Positions 1 through 12,983 of a DNA stretch of 64,000 bases are shown piece by piece. Under the pieces are notes generated by a model. It ran no database searches. It was not told the origin of the DNA and saw only the letters and a list, made by a program, of their open reading frames with translations. Location: positions 6,588,907-6,652,906 of the forward strand of contig CAVNZM010000001.1 of assembly GCA_963693365.1 (NCBI GenBank), given 5' to 3'. Both the position numbers and the translations under genes were made by a program. The stretch is from Amoebidium appalachense (taxonomy: Eukaryota; Protista; Ichthyosporea). How positions within the stretch are numbered: position 1 is the stretch's first letter; each line of letters starts with the position of its first letter.

Positions 1-1060
1 TTGTCGTACCGAAAATGTTTGTTTTGATGCCGTGATTTTACTTGTTTACATTTTTAATGTGTGCTATGTGATTGGCTGTTAAAGGTATGTTTATTTTGTT
101 TATTGCACATGCGCAGAGCGGAAGATACAGGCACTGCACATGAATGGAAATGTATAGTGTTGTCATAGGTGCATAGCATGTAGACCAACCCAAGGGCCTA
201 AAAGCGCAAAGTGTACATGTGCGATAGATTGCTGATGAAGTAGAATCCGTCGTGTTTGGTATTATAGAAAGGCTGCAAGGCCTGTGGACTGTATTTTAAG
301 TCCTGCAACCTATGCATATAGCACTGGATGTACACGTGTACGTGACTTTGTGTGTACATGGACAGTCAAGATCACTCAGTCTGTGTGCATATGCATTTAA
401 GGATGTTGGTTTGGGCATGTGTGTGTGCGTGCATTTATAACTGAGTACGTATGTATGCTATTGTACGTGTGTGTTTGTCTAGCTATGTGGTATAATCGTG
501 TGTGCGCAAGCACGGGCGCTCGAGAGTGCCAGTGTGCCCTGTGTGAGTGTGTGTACATGTGTGTGTGTGTGCGTGCGTGTGCGTGTGTGTATGTGTGAGT
601 GTGTGTGTGTGTGTGATGTGTGTGTGTGTGTGCGTGTGCGTGTGTGTATGTGTGTGTGACGTGTGTGTGTGTGCGTGTGCGTGTGCGTGCATGTGCATAT
701 GCATGGGTATACAATGTGCACCGGAGCTGTGTACCGGTCCTGCAGCTGCAGACTGAGTACGTATACCATGATTGTGTCACGTTGCTTCATTTCAACGTGA
801 CCATATACACCGGTTGGGCTGTTTTTTTCCCCAAAAAAAAACTTTCTTCAGCCGTTTGACGGTCGGAGATAATCTTCATTTTTTTTACATGCACTCGGCG
901 ACTATGAATTCGAAACATGTACATGCCGATAGGTAGCATGCAACACGTGTGTTTATTCCCCCCACTCCCCTCCTTTCAAATGGTAGCACCACAAGTATTT
1001 GTTCACCGATCCCCGTCCTCCCCCCCTCCCCGCCCCTGCCCCCCCAAATCACATTTGCCA

Positions 1061-1113
<53 letters not shown>

Positions 1114-1698
1114 GGGAGGGGGGAGGTTTGCCTGCAACACTTCAACGGTGTGCAGTCGAGTCGACGTCAGGTCCGTGACTTCAACAACGCTTTATACGTG
1201 ACTTCAACACGCTTTATAAACTGATTAGACGGCCGGGGTAGCTCCCATTAGGTTTGTGCCTAGGGGGTTATGTACACTTTGTCGTCAAATCGTATACAGT
1301 AATCATTATGAACGAAGGAATTATCATCACAAAAAGTTATACGAAATTTCTTTCCACTTAATACATAAACTTTACAGCAATGGCCTACTGGCAGGAATCG
1401 CTCTTTTTCTGGTTTCTTTGGAGCTCAAGCAAGCTATCCTGACGACATGCCAAGTACGAGACTTGTCAATGAGATATGACATAATGCTAGGATGGCATTT
1501 TGCATGTATACATGATATTTAATTGAATTCTGGTTCAATATACATAATATTAAATTGAACCATTCTGGTTCAATTTAATATCAAGTCCCATAATTACAAT
1601 CCACCCCCCCCCCCCCCCCCCCCCAAACAACACACACACACACATACAAGATTGGGAGGAAGATCGAAGAGAATCTAGACAGGGAGAGAGGGATGTGG

Positions 1699-1736
<38 letters not shown>

Positions 1737-1809
1737 CCCCCCCCCCCCCCCCCCCTTCAGCCCTGTAAATTGCTTTCACTTCATTAACCATAAATCCATC
1801 AAGCACTGC

Positions 1810-2409
1810 CTACACATATTTCCCAACATCCACCTGATCCGGGTCCAAGAAAACGATATTTGTAGGAACAGGGTTATGACTCGCAACATCACCAAACGAA
1901 CGGTACACCGGACCTTTCCCACGAGGATTCCTCTGAAACGGTAGGCTGGTCGCCTGATATCCCCTCCCAAACATCAAATCGGCAAATGGTTTGTCACCAT
2001 TGCAATTCCCGTTTTGACAGTTGTACATTTCGGCCATTATGATTGGCGGGCGCTTGTTTTTGTCCCTAAAAAGTCTATCGGCGCCGGCTTTTGATAGGGC
2101 AAATTGTTCGTGGCCCTCGATGTCAATCTTCATCAGGCCGACAGGGGGAAGTTCGGTGAATTTGGCGTCTTTTCCGTACAAAATGTCGTCCAAACGAACA
2201 AACCGAGACTCTGCCCTCACCCTGTAAACATACTGCTTGTGTGTGAGGAATGCGTTCTTTTCCTCCTCGCTGCACACGGTGTGTCCGTCGCCGATGTTTA
2301 TGTCCCCCGATATGATGTAGCATGTTTTGTCCTCCTGTGGGTGGACCAAAAACGATGGTCGATAAAAGTTTGGACGACATCAATTGACCATCTTATGCGG
2401 ATGGTGGTT

Positions 2410-2448
<39 letters not shown>

Positions 2449-2929
2449 GGGGGGGGGGAGGCAACTGTTTGCTACCCAGCTCGAAGCGCAAAAACAACAG
2501 CGGTGCAGTGTGTATATTTCTAATAAGGAGAAGCCGAGAGTCTGGGGGATAGACAATCTGGGGGATAGACAAAGAGCCCAACGGGGCGAAACAACACACA
2601 CCACTGCATGATTTCAAGTTGATTGAAGAGATGACACAAACCTATTAGAAAGCAACACACGTAACACTCGATATAAAGCCAACTGCCTTGCTCCGGTGCG
2701 TGTATGTGTGTGTCTGTGCACGTGGGCGTGTGTGTGTTTGTGTTTTTGTAGCCGACAGTGTGTGCGTACTGTGTGTGTGTGTGTGTTGTGTGTGTGCGCG
2801 CGCGCGCGTGCGTGCGCGTGTGTTTGTATATGTAGGCAAGCCTTAGTTAATTTATGTGTGTGTTGCGGTCATGGGTGTGTGCGCGAGGGGAGGGGTGGGA
2901 GGGGGTGGGGATGGGGGGCTTTTTTTTGT

Positions 2930-2968
<39 letters not shown>

Positions 2969-3816
2969 GAGTGTGTGTGCGTGTTCTGGGAGGGCAGCAC
3001 ACCCACCTCTGACAGGCCATACTGGTACAGGGTGAGTTGGTCGGCAAAGTGGGGGTTAAGGCACACACTGTACTCGATCAGTCGAAGGTTGGCTGGGCCG
3101 GGCTCAAATGCCAGCACCCTATAGCCCTTGGCTAGGGCAATGAGGGTAAACCACCCAACATTGGCTCCAATGTCAATGAAAATCTGGGGGGGGGGGGGGG
3201 GGGGGGGAGGAGGAGGGGATGGATGGGAGGAAGAGAGGTTTGGGTGAGGGGAGGATGGAGGAAGGGGGAGAGAGAAGGCGGGGGGAGGGATGGGTGGGAG
3301 GCGGGGAGGGTCCGGGTTAGCATATTCATGAGCTTGAGGCCTAGGTAACCAGTGTGCAGAAACAACAAACAAATCCTAGGACTCGAAGGTGCATAACACC
3401 GAGTAGGGCAATGGTACGGCAACGGCTACGCGGGAAATGTTCGAGATAGAATCGTGGAAAACATCGCCCATTTGTACGCCTGCACGAGAGAGAGAGGAGG
3501 AAGGGTGGTGGTGGTGGTGGTGGTGGTGGTGGGGGGGGTTAAGTGCGTGCTCCAATATAATACCTAGAATGGACAGTTACATGCTATTGCGTCCATCCAC
3601 ACAGAGGTGAAAGGACTGGGGTTGGGTGTGGGGAGAACAACTAGGGACACAGCCGATGCGAGACATGTTGGTCTTGCATCGTCAGAAAATATGAACCACA
3701 ACCAAGAAGTAGAAAAGTCTTCTGCAAACATTCCGGAACCAGAAGGAATAAAATGGAGGAACTACAGGGAAGGCAGGGAACTGGGTGCCATGGGGAAGTT
3801 AGCAAGCAGAAATGCA

Positions 3817-3858
<42 letters not shown>

Positions 3859-4008
3859 CAGACCGTTCCCACGTGTGTGCAATGTGCTGTACCTTGCCGT
3901 CCATGTGGCGGGGTTTAGGGTGTGCCGTGAAGAGGTCTCTTGACTCGTTCTGCTCCCACGATGATTGGCCGCGGATATGGTCGCTGACAATGTCGTCCTC
4001 CCTGTGTA

Positions 4009-4039
<31 letters not shown>

Positions 4040-4955
4040 TTATCTGTGAATACGTGTGTGTGTGTGTGAGTGAGAGTGAGAGTGAGAGTGAGTACGTGTG
4101 TGTGTGTGTGAGTGAGAGTGAGTGTGTGTGTGTGTGTGTGTGTGTGTCGTGTACTCGTACGTGCAAGTATTATAAGACGATCAAAACCGAATATTGATAC
4201 AGGATAGCATTGTACATTGATATGTTTTCAATCACTGCCCCTCCCGCCTTTTTGTCCTCACTCCTGCCCCTCCCTCCCCCCTCCCCCCCCCCCTTCCCCC
4301 TCTCCCCCGAGGGCACCCACCCACGCACAACCCTCTTTTTTCCCTTCCCTCTCTCCCACCAGGCCCTGCAGTGTATGGTGGCAGTGTTAAGAGCCACTCA
4401 CCTATATATGGCCATTCTAAACTCTGGATGGAAGTCACTGGCCCGAATCGTCACCACCTCGAGCCCTTGGTTGTCAAGGTGGGAAGAACACCAACTCTCA
4501 CGTTCCTGCATGGTTTTAAACTCGGGGATGTTTAACCCCAAAGACCCATCAGGTCTGAACAACCTCCCCTTCTGCTTCGGGGGCTCCTCTGCAACAGGAG
4601 GAGGTGTGATAACCTCCTGCTCCTCCTTTTGCTTCGACTCAACGGCCTTTTCAGTTTCAACTTGCGGAGCTGCAAGTTGGTTATTCTCTGTAACTGTTGC
4701 GGGTGCTACTGGCTTGGGAGCTATTTTTACTTCGGGTTGAAACATAACTATCCTGCCGGAGGACGTGTCTACAAGTGTCATTGCCGATGCCCTCGTGTAG
4801 GAATCCATCGGGGAGATAACCACTGTGACGTGGGTCTTTAGGACGAAGTAGCACACTATGAGTGCAAACAGTATGGCTGCACCTTTGGCCAGACTTGGCT
4901 TGTTGACGCCCCCATTCTTCCCACGGAAGGATGGTTGTGGAATAGTTGGAACCAT
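1810..4955 (-). CDS. FkbM-family (Methyltransf_21-like) SAM-dependent methyltransferase, type II membrane protein; 4 exons: 4955-4402, 4001-3893, 3183-3007, 2334-1810
   Basis: GT-AG introns join in frame. SAM motif IFIDIGANVGWFT, then VLAFEPGPAN, VRLDD and LMKIDIEGHE, all typical of FkbM. N-terminal hydrophobic anchor AAILFALIVCYFVL followed by a Pro/Glu-rich stem. Confidence 0.88.
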
Positions 4956-6113
4956 CTTAACCACTTGAACCAGACAGAGCACTTGCAGAGCTTGCACGAT
5001 CCTCTCTCAGAGGGCCGAATTCGGCCTGCACTGATTGTCTGCGTACGTGTAATAGTAGGTGATAGGGTAAACTAGTACTACCGAATTGTTTTGCTGATCA
5101 CAGTATAGACGTGCAAGTGTATATCGGCTAGTGTGTGTTATTTGAATGTGTATGTTAGTGCGTGACCGTACATGTATCTATGCACCTAATAGTGTGTATA
5201 GTAGGTGTATCTTTCAGTTGAATGAACGTCGCGGTGTCAATACCATATCTTGCAGTCTATCTAACGCTCCTACCATATCTTGCAGTCTATCTTCCAGTCT
5301 GTCTGCGCTAGCCAACACACATCTCCGTGCGACTGTGCGAGCTCTTCCACTTTATAAACAAGGGGTGCCCCGGCCGGCAGTGTTCGTTCGCGGTGGTGCG
5401 GCACTTGCCATCGTGAGCCTGATCACGGATCCGCCTGTCTGCCGCAGGAGAGCCTACCGATTGGCTCATCTTTTACTTTGGACTATTCACCAATCAAAAG
5501 GTCAGCAAGCACAAGGACTACATAAATCTCACCATACTCTGGAGTCTATATTACTCGTAAAACTTCTGAACTTCTCTAATTTAACTTCGTGGTGACACTG
5601 ACCGTCAGTGACCGACAACCTCTAACTGTAGAAAAATGCTTGAATACATGCTTAAATGTGAGCTACTTGGGGATTATCGAATTACTCTAAATAATAAAAT
5701 TTTTACAGAAGCTACATGTATAAATTATACCTAAGCCTTGAGGTCCAACCCTGATTGTGCACCAACTTATTTTCGTATAAAGTCATTGTAAAAAAAAATT
5801 ATTTTCGTAAATCCAAATCATCGAACCCCCGTCTCATGATCGGGATCTGTTCTGTTGCTAACTCACCCGAAAGCCACGCTGCACCATGGGTCATGGCCAC
5901 GTGGTGCAAGGGATCAGATGGGAAGTCGGACTGCACAGCTTGGCGTGTTAAATGATTATGACGAGTTGAAATGCAAAAATTCCTAAAGTAAACAATGATT
6001 TTCATGCAAATATTACTAATAACATGTATGCATTACATGGGGGCCGGGTCCGCCGGGTTCAGTCAGATCTGCTTCTTGTTGTTGTTTGCCCGCGGCGAAA
6101 CACCGAATCACTC

Positions 6114-6374
6114 CTCTGAGGCCTAACACGTACTGACGTGTGCGACGTTATACATCTACTCAGGCGGCCCAGGCGGCTACCACCTACTGAGGCGGTGTCT
6201 CCTTTCTTTTTTTTTTTTTTTTTACTTAAAAGGGACGCCTGAGTAGATGTTAAAATGTCGCACGTGCGGCAACACGTCAGTACGTGTTAGCCCAGGCGGT
6301 CCCTTTTAAGCAAAAAAAAAAAAAAAAAAAAAAAGAAAGGAGACACCGCATCAGTAGGTGGTAGCTCTGAGGCC
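6114..6374. repeat. Interleaved double inverted repeat (A-B-A'-B') bounded by the 10-bp direct repeat CTCTGAGGCC
   Basis: A ~6123-6166 is complementary to ~6236-6290. B ~6176-6236 is complementary to ~6299-6365. CTCTGAGGCC at 6114-6123 and 6365-6374. Confidence 0.75.
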
Positions 6375-6539
6375 AACCTTCCCGTCCCCCCCCCCCCCCC
6401 CCCCCCCCCCCCTCCCACACACACACACACACGACCCCCACCGAAGAGCAAGAGAACGAGGAATCAAAAAGCTGCCCAACGGTGACCAGATTGCAGACGA
6501 GAAATATACTGAAATTCAGATAGAGCCCTCGAGAGAGAG

Positions 6540-6976
6540 GAGGGAGTGATGGGGGACTGGAGAGATCTAGAAAGAGAGCGCAAGAGAGCGAAGAGGGGGC
6601 GAGGGGGAAGGGGGGAGAGAGGGGGGGGGGGGGGGGGAGGGGGGGGGAGAGAGAGAAAGAGACAGAGAGAGAGGGGGGGGGGAGAGAGAGAAAGAGACAG
6701 AGAGAGAGGGGGAGGGAGAAAGTTCGGAAGGGGGGAGGGCGGAAAGGGAGAGAAAGAGAGAGAGAGAAGGGGGGGGGGGGAGAGAGAGAGGGGGGAGAGA
6801 GGGAGAGAGGGGGGAGGGGGGAGAGAGAGAGTCGTCAGAGAGAGAAAGAGAGGGGGGGGGGAGAGAGAGAGAGAGAAAAAGAGAGAGAGCGAGGCTGTTT
6901 ATAAAGGGTGGGGGGGGGGGAGAAAGAGAGAGACAGAGAGAGAGAATATGTGCGTGCGTGCGTGCGTGCGTGTTTG

Positions 6977-7075
<99 letters not shown>

Positions 7076-7219
7076 CTCGGTCTTAGAGAGAGGGGGGACT
7101 GAGTGAGAGAGAGGGAGGGAGAGGGAGGCGGAAGGGGGGGGAGACAGAGAGAGAAAGAGACACAGGAGAAAAGGAGAGAGACAGATACCGAGAGAGGGGG
7201 ACTAAGAGAGCCTGTGTGT

Positions 7220-7250
<31 letters not shown>

Positions 7251-7389
7251 GGGGGGGGGGCAGGAGGTAGAGAGAAAGAGTAGCGAGAGAAAGTCTTGAT
7301 CCGAGGAAGCACCCTTAGTGAGAAAGCGCAAGATATAGAAAGAGCACCAAGAGAGAGAGAGAGAGAGGGGGGGGGGGGGGGGGGGGAGG

Positions 7390-7425
<36 letters not shown>

Positions 7426-7499
7426 AGGGAGAGAGAGCGAGAGCGAGAGCGAATGAGGGAGAGGGGGAGAGAGAGAGGGGGGGAGAGAGGGGGGGGGGG

Positions 7500-7539
<40 letters not shown>

Positions 7540-7580
7540 ACTCGGAGGGGGGGAGAGAGAGGGAGAGAGAGAGAGAGAGA

Positions 7581-7678
<98 letters not shown>

Positions 7679-7680
7679 TG
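6540..7680. repeat. (GA)n/(GT)n/poly-G low-complexity block
   Basis: Read directly from the sequence. Confidence 0.9.
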
Positions 7681-9226
7681 ATATAATGAGCCATGGCCGC
7701 TTCAAAGTTTCATATATGGGCCTCATGAGTGAGGAGCACTGATGAATTTGAAGCACGGTGTGGGGGGAAAGCAAAAACAATCAGTTACAGTCGTTGCAGC
7801 TGTGAGTTAATACATTGCAAATACACACGAGTTGTTGAAATCTATGGGTGATCTGGAGGGGGAGGGGGGATAAAAAAACAGGCAGAAGGGGGGGAGGGGA
7901 GGGGGGGGGGAGGGGGGGGGGAAGGGGGGCGGAGGGGGGTCTGAGGGGGAGGGGGGGGGGGCGCAGGTGGGGAGGAGGGGGGGGGGGGGGGGGAGGGTTA
8001 TTAGCCGGGGGGTTTTTTTTTTTTCAGTGGCTGTTACGTAGCCAATCGGGTGCATTTGCCGTTTTATTGTTCGTTGCACGTTAAAAACAAGAAATATGGA
8101 CATCATAGCCTAGTAGATTTTGTGACATGTCAATGATTCGAGGACCACACCTGTTCCTGTTGTGTTTGCGTGCTTTGTGCTTGCTGACAGTTGTGTCCCC
8201 CCCCCCCCCCCTCCCCCCCCCTCCCCCCCCCCTCCCCCCCCCCCCCTCCCCCCCCCATTTTTGATGCCAGCGGTATATCAATATTTATGTATCAGGCCTG
8301 GACGACCGAATCTCAATAGTATTTTGTGATGAAGTATGGTGCACGTGGGCTTTGGATCCGGCAAGACGAGCTACACTATGCACGAATCACTTCACTGACT
8401 GGCATTGCCAGATATACAAGCAACTGGCAACCGTATCTTTATAAGCATCACCCGTCTTTTTATATCAATCATTCATCTAAAAAGATAATCCCTCATGCAA
8501 GGCTTGGGGTTTGCTACTGTACTACGGTAGAGTGACACGTGTCTGGTCGAACATCATAACCTTATAAGCCTAGCCAATTATTGCAATGCGCACAATACAA
8601 TGTCAATGACAGGACGGCTGGATGAATTTGACGTACCACGAACACGAAAAAGCCAGCAAAGTATATAAATTACATCTGCACCATGTGTTGTACCTGTCGT
8701 GTTCGACACTCCCCCCCCCCCCCCCCCCCCCCTCCCCCCCCCCTCCCCCCTCCCCCCTCCCCCACACACACACACAAAAAAAAAAAAAAAAGAAGAAGGA
8801 AAAATGAAAAAGAAAGCAAGTAAGTAAGGAAGAAAGAAAGAAAGAAAAGAAAAGAAAAGAATCACGAGAAAAAAGAAAAGAGAAAGAAAGAAAGAAGAGA
8901 AAGAAGAGAAAGAGGGGGAAAACTGAAACGGGCTATAGATAGACAGTGCTATCAAGACAAGGGAGATTTTGCAACACACCCCGTAGGTAACTATCATAAC
9001 TTGAATGATTCCGACAACAAAAGGTCCAGCACACTTCGTTTTCATTTTTTTTCACACCTGACACATGCATGTCCTTCAAAGCTGCAAAGGACAAATGTTA
9101 AAATAGACAATTATATAGATAGAGCTTGTCTATTTTGGCACGTTTTCACTGCACCGAGACCCATATTGTATTTAACCTGTTGAGGAGAAAAAAAAAATAT
9201 TCCAGTATTAACGTGAGACAGTGAAC

Positions 9227-9925
9227 ATGCCAACCAATCTTCTTCCTTTCCCCTTCGCCGGCGTCGTACGTCTACGTGTAGGAGAACGGCTTTTTGTCAC
9301 ACATGCTACGACCCTCATATTTCATTCAGAATTCTTCCATTGCCTTTATGAACAAAAATCAAACAACGTCGATAACTCTAACGGACAAATTCGCGTCACT
9401 ACTGTACTGGAATCAAACGAGGGACCGGAGTATTTTGTTGACCACGATGGAGACGCCTTTGCACAAGTTCTCTCATATATGCGTGCTGGAGTTATTCCTT
9501 CGTTTGGCACAGATATGAAAGAGAGAGACCGCCACGCCATGCTTCTTAGCGCCGCTCGATTCTACGGCGTTCCGGGACTCATTGCGGCACTGGAGCAAAA
9601 TGCACCCCCTACCCCACCAAACCCGTGGGAGTGTGTCACTGCTGAAACACTGTGTGGTAGTGAGGATTATGCAGATGTGGAGATTTTGGGCACGTACAAA
9701 GTGAAAAAGGATGTGTATAAATGCCCACGTGGCATAGTTGTTCACACAGCACCGAACAGGTGTGGGAAAACGTGCAATAACCTACGGTGGGGTGGGGGCT
9801 ATTTTGATAGGCAGGAGGTTCTTATGGTGGTGTTGCGAAGAAGGAACAAGCATGAGAGTGTTACAACTTCAGGTAATGTGGTGAACGATGTCGATTGTAG
9901 TGGCCACGATGCTGTCATGGGTTGA
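9227..9925 (+). CDS. Intronless BTB/POZ (KCTD/T1-type) domain protein with a Cys/His-rich C-terminal segment
   Basis: VRLRVGERLFVTHATTL...SEFF...YFVDHDGDAFAQVLSYMRAG...LLSAARFYGVPGL matches the T1-BTB pattern. C-terminal CPRGIVVH...CGKTC. First ATG at 9227. Confidence 0.85.
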   Translation: MPTNLLPFPFAGVVRLRVGERLFVTHATTLIFHSEFFHCLYEQKSNNVDNSNGQIRVTTVLESNEGPEYFVDHDGDAFAQVLSYMRAGVIPSFGTDMKERDRHAMLLSAARFYGVPGLIAALEQNAPPTPPNPWECVTAETLCGSEDYADVEILGTYKVKKDVYKCPRGIVVHTAPNRCGKTCNNLRWGGGYFDRQEVLMVVLRRRNKHESVTTSGNVVNDVDCSGHDAVMG

Positions 9926-10377
9926 AGAGATCATGTACATGTGCATCGGGGTCTGTGCATAACGGCACCGTTGAACCGTTAAGTCAGCGTGTAGTAGCGG
10001 CTGCCTGGACATGCATAGCAGGATATATAGGATTTCGTTCCATTTGATACGCCTTTGCCCTTAAGCTTGCGCTACTGGTAATTTTTAGGCTCGCGCAAAT
10101 ATCAGACGGGCGAGTCGAAAAAAGTAACTTCGATCAAAGCTTAATTAGGTTTTCCATCACATGCTGACTTGTGTTCATTACTTAACCGATGTGCTCATAT
10201 ATGCATGTATATAGTGTGCTATGTGAACTTCATTTTGTTTGAATAAAGCACCAAAGAATTCACTGCAAGCCTGTGTGCTTTGATGAGTGCAGTTGGCCGG
10301 AGCATGGTGGGGAGCCTCTCTCCCCATCGGATCCGGAGGAGGGAGCTTGAGCTCGAGCATGCCGGGCCTCGCACGGA

Positions 10378-10426
<49 letters not shown>

Positions 10427-10536
10427 GCTCGATCGAGCTGCAGGAGGGGGGGATAGGAGCAAGCTAATATGTGCCAATGATTGTGTGCTTCGTGTGTTCG
10501 GTGTGTGTGTGTGTGTGTGTGCGTGTGCGTGTATGC

Positions 10537-10567
<31 letters not shown>

Positions 10568-10605
10568 TGTGTGTGTGTGTGCGTGTGCGTGTGTGTGCGT
10601 GTGTG

Positions 10606-10683
<78 letters not shown>

Positions 10684-11345
10684 CGTGCGTGCGTGTGCGT
10701 GTGTGTGTGTATGGGTGCGCGCTGGTGCGCACGCGTGGGTATGCCCTTGGTGTGTGCACTTGCCACGTGTGCGGATGTCCCGGCCCATGCACACTGTAAA
10801 AACGCTTCCAACGAACTTCGGCTTTACTGGTGTCATTTAGCTAAGGCTCGCACTTCCGATTGGCTTCTAACATAACGATTTACGATTGGATTATCTGACA
10901 TCAATTACTCACCTCCGATTGGATCGGACAGCATCAACCCAATGTAAACAAACAAATTTAACCGGATTGCCGTTGCCGCAGCCGCCAGCGCGCGCCTCCG
11001 CAGGTCTCCCAAAGACCTCCCTTTAGGGTTGCGGCGCGCAACATGCGTCAACCTACCTTGATAAAAGGGGAATATATGGGTGGCCCTTGGGTTGTGGCGA
11101 CACTAAGTACAACAGTAGTATCGATCATGGCACTGGCGATCGAGATCGATACATCGATATCATTCCATATATGATGCATAATATGACATCGATCGGCCGA
11201 TCACGATCATGATGCTGTGCAGTTTGAAGTTTTTTTTATTTTTTATTTTTTTTATCACGGTTTGTTCCCGGAGGACCTTTCCAGGCCCTCGAGAGAAATA
11301 CCGTCTACCACACAGCACCGACAGTACAATAGTTATATAATTAGC

Positions 11346-12983
11346 CTAGGGTGCAGTTTGAAGCATACAGGGGTAGGCTAAATATCAGTACAGATTCCAT
11401 AGAGAGCATACGCCAAGCAGCGGCACCAGTCAGACCCTGAGCAGCACGTGGGAAACCTCCGAAACTCTCACAATAATTTCAAGGCATGTCTATCGTTTCT
11501 GTATCCCAAAGCCTTTTCAGGTTCCGAATCGTGTAAAACGGAACACAAGGCTCCACAATTTTCTTTAATATCACTGTCAGGTTCGATTTCACGTAAGACC
11601 TAACGAACGTGAGGCTTTTGTCATGAGTGTTCAAGAGACGAGCTCCACAGCCTCTTGAATGAGAAAATGGGCCAGTTTCACGTACATATTCACGTACATA
11701 ATGGGCACCTTACGTACGTGGGCACAACATGTATGTATACGATGTGTCATAAATACGGGACATGACGTCCACGACCCACATGATGTGCGTGCCCCTACCC
11801 CGCACGGCGCACATGATGTGCGTAGAGTCTATTCGATCATGGGCACATGCATGATCAGTCAGGCATGCAAATGATGCGCATGTCTACACATACTTTCTAT
11901 TTTGTGATTTCATCTTTGTGTTAACGTTAACATGAATTTCACGCTAGCAAAAACTTCTTATATATATGTACGGCACGGAAACATGGTATGCGCAAAGGTC
12001 AGTGCCTATCAAAACCTGTAAGTGACACACTTCGAGACTGTGCGTGCCGCACGCGTCGTGCAGCCCATGCACTCACTGTGACTGCGCCCGCGTCAGCGGC
12101 CAGTCTGGCAGTGTGCGGCTGTATACCGGATCTACAAGATCAAAGTTTTTGAAGATTCTCTGGCAAATCTTTCAATGATTGGCCCAGGATATCTAGCTAG
12201 ATCTCGATCCTAGATCTGCTGCTGGCGTCAGACTATGATGATCATGACGCCTGCCCGCGCCTATTCGTGCCTGAGCGGCGGAGCTCCGAGCGCATCCGTG
12301 CACGTGGGACCGTCACGGAGTACTACGCTGAGTAGCCTACGCGCTTGCGTGCGCCGGGTGCGCGTACGTGTGTCATGGATGTATACATTTACGTGGCGAC
12401 TCAGGCTGACTGATCAGGCATGGCATATGCCTAGGCCTATTTGTAAAATTTTAGGCCTGTGCCGTTTGGCGAGTATGCATGCATGGGTGACTGCTTGGGC
12501 AAGACTTCACAATTAGCTGCAGTGTCACTTATGTAGTTGCATGAAGACTAACCTTTTATGGTTAAGTGTGTGTGTGTGTGTGTGTTTGTGTGTGTGTGTT
12601 TGTGCACATATGTGTATGCGTGGTGCGTGCAAGTGTACATGACGTGCGCGTGCTTGTGGTGTGTATTTGAACGTTCATGCGTTATGCCACTGTTTACAGG
12701 TGTTTGTGCGCGTGTGTGTGCGTGCCAAAGGCTTCAGACCCGTAAGGCGTGCCCCCGCGCCAGGGGGCACGCAGAACCAAGAATTGGCTAGTATATAATA
12801 TTTTCCGTAAATAAGATTCTAGCGCTAGATTTTTTGAAAAATTTAAGACTCTAGCTGTCTAGCCCCCATGCACATATGAATCTAAAGTTTTTCGAAAAAT
12901 CTAGTGCTAGAATCTTATTTACGGAAAATCTTATATATATTTGGCCTACCCCTGTAGCGATGATGCTTCAAACTGCACCCTAG
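11346..12983. mobile_element. Foldback MITE (hAT-like TAGGG/CAGGG termini) split by a Helitron; MITE parts are 11346-11384 and 12792-12983
   Basis: Removing 11385-12791 restores long imperfect inverted arms: CTAGGGTGCAGTTTGAAGCAT..CAGGGGTAGGC.AAATATATAT..TTTTCCGTAAATAAGATTCTAG and its reverse complement. No intact TSD seen. Confidence 0.7.
11385..12791 (+). mobile_element. Non-autonomous Helitron (~1.4 kb)
   Basis: Starts TC after A11384 and ends CTAG (12788-12791) before T12792. 10-bp GC hairpin GCGTGCCCCC/GGGGGCACGC at 12747-12772. No TSD. The empty site can be reconstructed from the opposite MITE arm. Confidence 0.8.

Noticed and set aside
397-1224. Many ORFs encoding HTHT, CVCV, poly-P, poly-G or ERER (here and throughout the window)
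   Set aside because: They are translations of microsatellites and homopolymers with no protein-like complexity.
3427-3480. Possible extra methyltransferase exon after a CAG acceptor
   Set aside because: It hits an in-frame TAG, and exon 2 joins IFIDIGAN directly in phase.
5146-5595. 149-aa ORF upstream of the methyltransferase
   Set aside because: It contains a 22-bp local duplication and no recognisable motif, so coding status is unsupported.
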